The translations under genes and the position numbers were made by a program. From Thermoguttaceae bacterium (GTDB taxonomy: Bacteria; Planctomycetota; Planctomycetia; Pirellulales; Thermoguttaceae), in NCBI GenBank assembly GCA_963665265.2, contig OY762224.2:3255456-3319455 (forward strand): DNA of 64,000 bases, read 5' to 3'. Shown piece after piece: positions 57,536 through 64,000 of the stretch. A model generated the notes under the pieces. The model was given only the letters and a program-made list of their open reading frames with translations, did no database searches and was not told where the DNA came from. Every line of letters starts with the position of its first letter. Positions within the stretch are counted from its first letter, which is position 1.

Positions 57536-58669
57536 ATGACCGATAACATTTTTATAATTCAGGATGATGGAAAACTTGTTGAAATGGGTGAAAAAGTCTA
57601 CGACTCCGAGGCTCTGTTGCAAGAACTTCTTGCAAATTACCCGAAGTTGTTGAGCGGCAGTCAAATAGATATGGATTCTCCTCGACGTTGGTTGCTTATT
57701 AAACGAGAGATGGGAATCCCCGCCGAGGAGTTCGGCGGTGGTCGGTGGTCGGTGGATCACCTTTTCCTTGATCAAGACGGCATTCCCACTCTAATAGAAG
57801 TAAAAAGAAGTAGCGACACTCGTATTCGCCGAGAAGTCGTTGGGCAAATGTTGGATTACGCAGCCAACGCCGTCGTCTATTGGCCTGTTGAGCAAATCCG
57901 AATCGAGTTCGAAAAAAACAGTGCCGATCCCGAACAAACGCTTGCTGATTTCTTAGGCGAAGACGGCGATTTGGAAGATTATTGGCAACGTGTCAAAACC
58001 AATCTTCAAGCTGGTAGAATACGGATGCTCTTCGTGGCCGACTGCATTCCGCCGGAACTTCGGCGGATTGTCGAGTTTCTAAACGAACAGATGGACCCTG
58101 CTGAAGTCTTAGCCGTTGAAATCAAACAGTATGTTGGCGAGGGCATGAAGACTTTGGTGCCACGCATCATAGGGCAAACAGCCGAGGCAGAAAAGAAACA
58201 TCGCACACCCTCGGCGTGGTCCGGATACTGGTTTGTGAACGTTGGAGACGGAGACCATAGGAATTGGGATGACTGCATGAAGCACGGTTTTTTAAGCGCT
58301 GGGCAGGGGAAAATTTATGGCGAGGCGATGAAGAAGCTTAAGGTCGGTGACAAAGTGTTTGCGTACATGAAAGGAAACGGCTATGTGGGATTCGGCAGTG
58401 TGACGCAGGAAGCGGTCATGGCGAAGGATTTCAAAGTCGACGGGCAATGCCTTTTTGATCTCCCTTTGGTTCAGCCTGGGATAAAGAATAATGCCGACAA
58501 CCCCGAGCTTTCAGAATGGCCCATAGGGATTAAATGGGAACAGACTTATCCGAGAAATCAAGCAAAGACGTTTTCAGGAGTATTTGCCAACCCGAACATC
58601 GTCTGCAAAATCAGGGACGAACGAACGGTAAAGTTTCTGAAACAGCAATTTGGTATCGAGGAAGAGTAG
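57536..58669 (+). CDS. NucS-like PD-(D/E)xK nuclease domain fused to an EVE/PUA-like C-terminal domain (prediction)
   Basis: AGGAGG SD. VDHLFLDQDGIPTLIEVKRSSDTRIRREVVGQMLDYAAN has a D...E-x-K layout. The C-terminus is YWFVNVGDGDHRNWDDCMKHGFLSAGQG...LKVGDKVFAYMKGNGYVGFGSV. Confidence 0.5.
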   Translation: MTDNIFIIQDDGKLVEMGEKVYDSEALLQELLANYPKLLSGSQIDMDSPRRWLLIKREMGIPAEEFGGGRWSVDHLFLDQDGIPTLIEVKRSSDTRIRREVVGQMLDYAANAVVYWPVEQIRIEFEKNSADPEQTLADFLGEDGDLEDYWQRVKTNLQAGRIRMLFVADCIPPELRRIVEFLNEQMDPAEVLAVEIKQYVGEGMKTLVPRIIGQTAEAEKKHRTPSAWSGYWFVNVGDGDHRNWDDCMKHGFLSAGQGKIYGEAMKKLKVGDKVFAYMKGNGYVGFGSVTQEAVMAKDFKVDGQCLFDLPLVQPGIKNNADNPELSEWPIGIKWEQTYPRNQAKTFSGVFANPNIVCKIRDERTVKFLKQQFGIEEE

Positions 58670-58767
58670 TGCAAGGCGAGGTTTCGCAGTCAAAGCGATT
58701 GCAATGAAAATACAAAAGCGCTCGGCGGCGGTGGTGGCGAAGTAAGGCATTTTTCGGAGTAAGTCAA

Positions 58768-59808
58768 ATGTTAAGAATTGATCGTCAACAAAAACGGTTT
58801 GAATCACTTCCGGCACCGGCCCTCGCTGACGTAGCTTTTAGGGAAGTCGGCGATCTGCAAAAGTGCATAGCCAACAATCCAGACGCATTTTTTGGTGAAA
58901 TTGGGCAAAAGCTCTTTTTACTAAAGACCGAAGTTCATCCTTCCCAGACGGTGCAGGATCGAATTGATCTGCTGGCACTCGATGAAGAAGGAAACTCCGT
59001 CGTCATTGAACTAAAGCGGGACAACCACAAGCTACATTTGCTCCAAGCGATCTCCTACGCAGCCATGATTGCTCACTGGCAGCCGAATGACTTTTTGGAA
59101 TTACTGGATGAAAGCGGCGTAGAAAGATTAGAAAACTTTCTTGAGGAAGACAAGGAAAACATCAATCGTCGGCAAAAAATCATTCTAATCGCCGAAGCTT
59201 TTGATTATTCCGTTTTGGTGAGTGCCGAATGGCTAAGCGAGAACTTTGGAGTGGACATCGTATGTTGTCGCCTTTCTTTATCCAAGGATGAACAAACGGA
59301 TACCGAATATCTTGTTTGCACAAACGTATTTCCGGCACCAGAAATTGCACGACAAGCAATCGCTCGTGGGCGAATGAATCCCCCCACGAGCGAAATCAGA
59401 TGGTCCGACTGGGATACAGCCCTCTCCGACAATGACAATCCGGCGGTTACCTCTTACTTTCGACAAGCGTTGGTAACGCAGGAGAGTAATCTAGGAAAAC
59501 GAATATTGTGGTATCGCATCAACGATAAGCGGTATTGGTTTGTGTCCGTTCGAAATGGTTTCGCATACGCCTGGCAATATGCTCGTTTTGCGGGCGACAT
59601 TCAATATTGGCAAGAACGTTTGAGTCATCCTGAAGATGTTTGCCCTGTAAAAGCCGAAAAATCTTTACGCTTTCGTTTATATACAGAAAAAGACTTCGAG
59701 AATTTCCATAAGGCTGCCACGAACGACCTTCAAACGGTCCAATGGCTCAGTTCCGCTCCCGATAATGAGACCGATCAAGTTGAGTCGGACTTGGATGAAC
59801 AGCCGTAG
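58768..59808 (+). CDS. NucS-like PD-(D/E)xK nuclease-domain protein with an uncharacterised C-terminal domain
   Basis: RIDLLALDEEGNSVVIELKRDNHKLHLLQAISYAAM, the same motif architecture as the upstream gene. Confidence 0.5.
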   Translation: MLRIDRQQKRFESLPAPALADVAFREVGDLQKCIANNPDAFFGEIGQKLFLLKTEVHPSQTVQDRIDLLALDEEGNSVVIELKRDNHKLHLLQAISYAAMIAHWQPNDFLELLDESGVERLENFLEEDKENINRRQKIILIAEAFDYSVLVSAEWLSENFGVDIVCCRLSLSKDEQTDTEYLVCTNVFPAPEIARQAIARGRMNPPTSEIRWSDWDTALSDNDNPAVTSYFRQALVTQESNLGKRILWYRINDKRYWFVSVRNGFAYAWQYARFAGDIQYWQERLSHPEDVCPVKAEKSLRFRLYTEKDFENFHKAATNDLQTVQWLSSAPDNETDQVESDLDEQP

Positions 59809-59832
59809 AACAAATCAGAAAACCAACTAATC

Positions 59833-60750
59833 ATGCCCATCCCTGACTATCAAGGTTTCATGTTGCCGTTGCTCAAATTCATTGCAGACGACAAAGAGCA
59901 TAATATTCGAGACGTGGTCGCCGGATTGTCCGACGAGCTTGGTTTGTCCGAAACCGAACGGCTTCAAATGTTGCCGAGCGGACAGCAAGCGGTTGTTCCC
60001 AATCGAATCGGCTGGAGTAGAACTTATCTCAAAAAGGCGGGGCTGCTTTCCAGCCCGAGAAGAGGATTCGTGCAGATTTCGGATGTAGGAAAGGAAGTGT
60101 TGAAAGAAAACCCGATCAAAATCGACTATCATTTCCTGAAACGTTTCCCTTCATTTCTCGAATTCGTCCAACCTTCTGTTGCAGATGGCGACGAATCTCC
60201 TGCCGCTACCGAAGTCGAAGACACCCAAACTCCTGACGAAGTTCTTGAATCGTCCTACCAAAGCCTTCGAGACGCTCTCGCAGACGATTTATTGGAACAA
60301 GTGAAATCCTGTTCGCCCGCCTTCTTTGAACGACTGGTGGTCGATTTGCTGGTCGCAATGGGATATGGCGGATCGTTGGCGGACGCCGGACAAGCTATCG
60401 GGAAAACGGGCGACGGCGGCATCGACGGAATTATCAAGGAGGACAAGCTCGGTTTGGACGTGATTTGCATTCAAGCCAAACGCTGGGAAGGTACGGTCGG
60501 TCGACCTGTGGTTCAAGCCTTTACCGGAAGTATGGAAGGGGTGCGAGCCAGAAAAGGCGTGCTTTTGACGACCGGTTCGTTTTCAAAGGACGCTGTGGAG
60601 TACGTCGAGCGAATTGAGCGGAAAATCGTGTTGATCGACGGAAAGCGTTTGGCGGAATTGATGATCGACTATAACATCGGCGTGACGACGAACAGAACCT
60701 ATTTGATCAAGAAACCGGATTCGGACTATTTCGCCGAGGACGAGGCGTGA
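59833..60750 (+). CDS. mrr: Mrr-family restriction endonuclease (Mrr_N winged helix plus Mrr catalytic domain)
   Basis: MPIPDYQGFMLPLLKFIADDKEHNIRDV...NRIGWSRTYLKKAGLL and FERLVVDLLVAMGYGG...GDGGIDGII...VICIQAKRW. Confidence 0.85.
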   Translation: MPIPDYQGFMLPLLKFIADDKEHNIRDVVAGLSDELGLSETERLQMLPSGQQAVVPNRIGWSRTYLKKAGLLSSPRRGFVQISDVGKEVLKENPIKIDYHFLKRFPSFLEFVQPSVADGDESPAATEVEDTQTPDEVLESSYQSLRDALADDLLEQVKSCSPAFFERLVVDLLVAMGYGGSLADAGQAIGKTGDGGIDGIIKEDKLGLDVICIQAKRWEGTVGRPVVQAFTGSMEGVRARKGVLLTTGSFSKDAVEYVERIERKIVLIDGKRLAELMIDYNIGVTTNRTYLIKKPDSDYFAEDEA

Positions 60751-60904
60751 CGGTGAACTAGTGAAATATCTAGCGTGGATGAAAGGCAAGGCATACTACG
60801 GCAACGGAAATTGGATAAGATTATCAACTCCGTTTCAGTGAAATCATAGAGAACCTTCGATAAGAAGTTGTCGCAAAGTCGAGCGGATTTAGGAGGAAAT
60901 TTGC

Positions 60905-61516
60905 ATGACTATAGAAAAGGAAATTCGGTTCAGGGAAAAAACCTACCAAATCACGATTGAAGACGATTTTGTCGAACCTCCTGTGTGGATGGAAGTCAAA
61001 TCATGTCTTGTGCCTTCAGGGCAAATAAAAAACGAGCTTGATCGACGTTTTCTGGACCAATATGCAGCGAAATTACTTCAGTGCTGGGGAAACGACCATT
61101 TAGAAAGTTTCTTATCCTTACTGCACGACATGGGTGCTTCTGTTGAAGAACTACACAAACTTGGTCTCGACTTTCTAGTTGAAACCGAGGATAGCAGAAC
61201 TTGGTTTTTCCGAAGTCCGATTCACGCAATGGGTTACAAGGTTGGGAAGAGTGGAATTTCGGAAGACGAACGTCATGCAATCTTACGAGAAGCGTTTCTC
61301 GGAACAATTCCAAATGTTGGTGCCGAAAAGTATATGGTTACATGGGGACTCCCTGGTTCTGAAAAGCGTTTGGCGGCAATTGCACACCATATTCGTTTCA
61401 AATGCCGAGGCAATCCGACTACGGATCTTTCTGTAGCCAATGCTGATTGGCAAAGCGATCTGAAGTGGCTGAAAGCCACATTTTATGATGGACATTTCAC
61501 ATTTCCGTGGATTTAG
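60905..61516 (+). CDS. hypothetical protein
   Basis: 203-aa ORF preceded by AGGAGG. No family recognised. Confidence 0.45.
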   Translation: MTIEKEIRFREKTYQITIEDDFVEPPVWMEVKSCLVPSGQIKNELDRRFLDQYAAKLLQCWGNDHLESFLSLLHDMGASVEELHKLGLDFLVETEDSRTWFFRSPIHAMGYKVGKSGISEDERHAILREAFLGTIPNVGAEKYMVTWGLPGSEKRLAAIAHHIRFKCRGNPTTDLSVANADWQSDLKWLKATFYDGHFTFPWI

Positions 61517-61604
61517 CACTCGCAGGAACAGATTTTTTACGTTCGGCTCATTCGTTTGCCTGTAAAAATTATCACCGTGATCGCTAAATCATCACGCCAC
61601 TCCC

Positions 61605-62342
61605 ATGAAACACTTACTCCTCCCCATCCTGCTCATCGTCCTCGTCGTTTCCTCCTGCCAAGCCCAGCAGCAGACGGCAACTTCTTCAAATCCGTCCTCG
61701 GTCGAAGTCTATTTCAGCCCCAAGGGCGGTTGCACGGAAGCTGTCGTTCGGGAATTAGACTCAGCCAAGAAGACAGTTCTGGTTCAAGCCTATAGTTTCA
61801 CCTCGGTTCCTATCGCCAAAGCCCTCGTCGAAGCTCATAAACGTGGAGTTGACGTCCGAGTGATCTTGGACAAAAGCCAGCGAACGGAGAAATACAGTTC
61901 CGCCGACTTCGTTCAGCACGCCGGCATTCCAGTTTGGATCGACGCCAAACATGCAATTGCTCACAACAAGATCATGGTGATCGATTCGCAAACGGTCATT
62001 ACCGGCAGTTTCAATTTCACCAAAGCCGCTGAGGAGAATAACGCAGAGAACTTATTGGCGATCCGTTCCCCGGAATTGGCTGCGAAATACGCCAACAACT
62101 GGAAAGTTCATTTAGAACATGCTGAAAAGTACGAAGGAAAAGGCGAAGTTGACGCTCGCTCCGACGATCCGCAGGCTGACGCCAATATCGGAGGATACAT
62201 AGCTTCCAAGAATTCAGAAATCTTTCATAAACCTGACTGCAAATCCGCCGCCAAGATTTCGTCGAAGAATCTAGTGCATTTTGACACGAGGGACGAAGCG
62301 ATTCAGGCAGGGAAGAAACCGTGTGGAAATTGTAAGCCGTGA
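61605..62342 (+). CDS. phospholipase-D-family (Nuc-like) nuclease with signal peptide and C-terminal Ada-type Zn-binding domain
   Basis: MKHLLLPILLIVLVVSSCQA signal or lipobox-like sequence. HKD motif AIAHNKIMVIDSQTVITGSFNFTKAAEENNAENL. C-terminus FHKPDCKSA...FDTRDEAIQAGKKPCGNCKP. Confidence 0.75.
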   Translation: MKHLLLPILLIVLVVSSCQAQQQTATSSNPSSVEVYFSPKGGCTEAVVRELDSAKKTVLVQAYSFTSVPIAKALVEAHKRGVDVRVILDKSQRTEKYSSADFVQHAGIPVWIDAKHAIAHNKIMVIDSQTVITGSFNFTKAAEENNAENLLAIRSPELAAKYANNWKVHLEHAEKYEGKGEVDARSDDPQADANIGGYIASKNSEIFHKPDCKSAAKISSKNLVHFDTRDEAIQAGKKPCGNCKP

Positions 62343-62467
62343 CACTCCAATATGCAACAACACCACAACCCACTGACAGGATATGACAGAAGGCAGTGAG
62401 TATCGTTTCATTACCAGTGCATGTAAATAAAACGTTGCACATGTATTTACGCTATGGATGAGAGAAT

Positions 62468-64000
62468 ATGAGCAGCTTACTTGAAAACCCGATCTTTTGG
62501 AGAGGGGTTCACGGAACCCTCCAGGTATTTGGATTAATCCTTTGCGGACTAATCGGTTTGTATCTGGTGCTCCGTCGCAGTCGAACAACGTCAACTATCT
62601 CAATGCGATCTCCGATTCTACGACTTCTGTTCACGGGGCATTCAGTCGGCATTGTATTAGTAGTGATTTCCGGAGTAGGCTTGGCAATTGGGCTACTTTC
62701 AGGTGAAGCAAGAAGAACCAGCGACGGCAAGAGCGACGTGTTGCATTACTCGGGTAGTCGGAAAGCCGAAGATTTAACTGCTAAAGAATGGTATTTTCGA
62801 GTTGCGGACGAACAAAAATTCGGCGGGCGGCCTCTATCGCCCGAAAGAAAGAGCGAATTGATTGAGATGACGGCAAAATTGCGTCCGGAATTGTCGCATA
62901 ACGAAATTGCGGAATTTGTTAGCAACTACGATCCAAGACGACATCTTGAACCATTGCTCGACGATGTTATGCGGAATCTCCCATACAAGTACGAGCGGAA
63001 GATATCTGATGTTTACGCAGGAGAGCTTCCTTCTAACGCTTTGGATGCTGCTGTTATAACCACACCCGGAGGCGGTCACATGATACTGCTCCCAGCGGGA
63101 ACGTCCCACAATCTCCATCAATGGGCAAAACCAATTTGTGCATACATTATTCAGAAAACTCGTGAAGATCGTTCTGGAGTTATTGAAAAGATAAAAAGAT
63201 CTTTCATCGCCTATAACACCCATGATACAACACCTGACTTTTCAGAATATAACGATCCGGACGTGGTTCATACAGCAAGCATAATCACCTCAGCCGCAAT
63301 TGAGTTTCTGATTGCACATGAAATTGCACATATCGGGCTTGGGCACACAAAAGCAAATACCTACAGCACCGAGCAGGAAGAGGAAGCGGATATAGCTGCT
63401 ATCGAAATAGTCTTACATAATTTGCCAGACCATGCAGATGAGACAGCAGTAAAAAAAGGCCGTCTGATTATGGATAAACAAATCGGATACTGCGGAATAC
63501 TATATGCAACCTCCTGCCTATTATTTGCGGAGCATGAGCCACGTACTCAAAGAATGACGCTCAGATTCGCAAAAATCCTTACAAAAATTGGTCACGGGGA
63601 AGACATGGAGAAGTTTAGCTTCTATCTGAATTTTTCAAATATGGTACGACTAACTTATGAGGGGCTTAACACTACTGTACCGCCACCAGATGAGCTTGAC
63701 GCCGAAAGTAGATATTTGGGGAGGATATACATTGCATACAAAGCAGGAGATGAGAAAGAGCTAAGCTCAATTGTCAATGAAACTCCAGATGATATTCTGT
63801 ACAGAAAATATATAACAATGCTAGTAGAAGGGGCGTTGGCACTGGCTAGAAATCGTATTGCTGACACATCTACGGATTGGAGTAGAGGTGACTTCCTAAA
63901 TCCCGCAGGTCTGTACCGCCTGGCCTGTTCAATGCACGCCGCACGAATCCACTATCTCGGCAAAACGAAAATTGCCGAAAAGTCGGAATGGCTTAACCGT
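62468..64000 (+). CDS. membrane-anchored HExxH zinc-metallopeptidase-like protein, 3' end outside the window
   Basis: Translated by hand; it is not in the ORF track because no stop lies in the window. MSSLLENPIFWRGVHGTLQVFGLILCGLIGLYLVL... has two TM helices, then ...ITSAAIEFLIAHEIAHIGLGH...EQEEEADIAAIE. The frame is open from 62468 to the window end. Confidence 0.55.
   Translation, partial: MSSLLENPIFWRGVHGTLQVFGLILCGLIGLYLVLRRSRTTSTISMRSPILRLLFTGHSVGIVLVVISGVGLAIGLLSGEARRTSDGKSDVLHYSGSRKAEDLTAKEWYFRVADEQKFGGRPLSPERKSELIEMTAKLRPELSHNEIAEFVSNYDPRRHLEPLLDDVMRNLPYKYERKISDVYAGELPSNALDAAVITTPGGGHMILLPAGTSHNLHQWAKPICAYIIQKTREDRSGVIEKIKRSFIAYNTHDTTPDFSEYNDPDVVHTASIITSAAIEFLIAHEIAHIGLGHTKANTYSTEQEEEADIAAIEIVLHNLPDHADETAVKKGRLIMDKQIGYCGILYATSCLLFAEHEPRTQRMTLRFAKILTKIGHGEDMEKFSFYLNFSNMVRLTYEGLNTTVPPPDELDAESRYLGRIYIAYKAGDEKELSSIVNETPDDILYRKYITMLVEGALALARNRIADTSTDWSRGDFLNPAGLYRLACSMHAARIHYLGKTKIAEKSEWLNR

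Noticed and set aside
57184-57549. 121-aa minus-strand ORF between the GmrSD and NucS-like genes
   Set aside because: It is antisense to the plus-strand small ORF, which has a coherent basic N-terminus and hydrophobic C-terminus. The minus-strand translation has no features.
1-64000. Search for CRISPR arrays, rRNA genes and IS transposases
   Set aside because: No regularly spaced direct repeats, no rRNA-like segments and no transposase-like ORFs were seen. The repeats found are the ones described elsewhere in this report.

Overview
The window looks like a chromosomal segment from a moderately GC-rich bacterium. Gene content (SHD1-domain Pro-rich protein, GYF_2 protein, many hemerythrins) suggests a planctomycete, but that is a low-confidence inference. 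There are four parts.

(1) 1-2233 is the right end of an integrated element: Xis-like HTH, Phd/RelE toxin-antitoxin pair and a tyrosine integrase. The integrase ORF runs into the 3' half of a tRNA with a CAT anticodon.

(2) 2.4-16.7 kb is a housekeeping core: hslVU, a UvrD-family helicase, tatA, two SPFH proteins, a nitroreductase and a TPR protein.

(3) tRNA-Val(CAC) at 16759-16832 marks a visible switch to AT-richer accessory DNA that continues to the window end.
- 17-29 kb is a plasmid/ICE-like module: integrase, HTH protein, RuvB-like ATPase, ArdC and a possible replication protein.
- 29-48 kb is a sensory cargo block centred on hemerythrins. It holds two tandem-domain hemerythrins, one single-domain hemerythrin and one gene remnant. 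It also holds a PAS kinase with a FixJ-type regulator, an MCP-CheW pair and two more kinases, one of which has an NreB-like 4-Cys PAS motif.

(4) 51.3-62.3 kb is a one-strand defence island. It carries a 1141-aa PHP+ABC/SMC-like ATPase, a GNAT, a GmrSD-type DUF262/DUF1524 enzyme, two NucS-like PD-(D/E)xK proteins (one with an EVE-like domain), Mrr and a PLD nuclease. No methyltransferase is visible.

The most unusual non-coding signal is a family of three (possibly four) small structured-RNA-like genes. Each has its own promoter-like boxes, covarying stems, hairpin loops showing the same C-rich CCUGCCCC motif, and an intrinsic terminator. I cannot assign them to any named RNA family. No CRISPR array, rRNA or recognisable transposase was seen.
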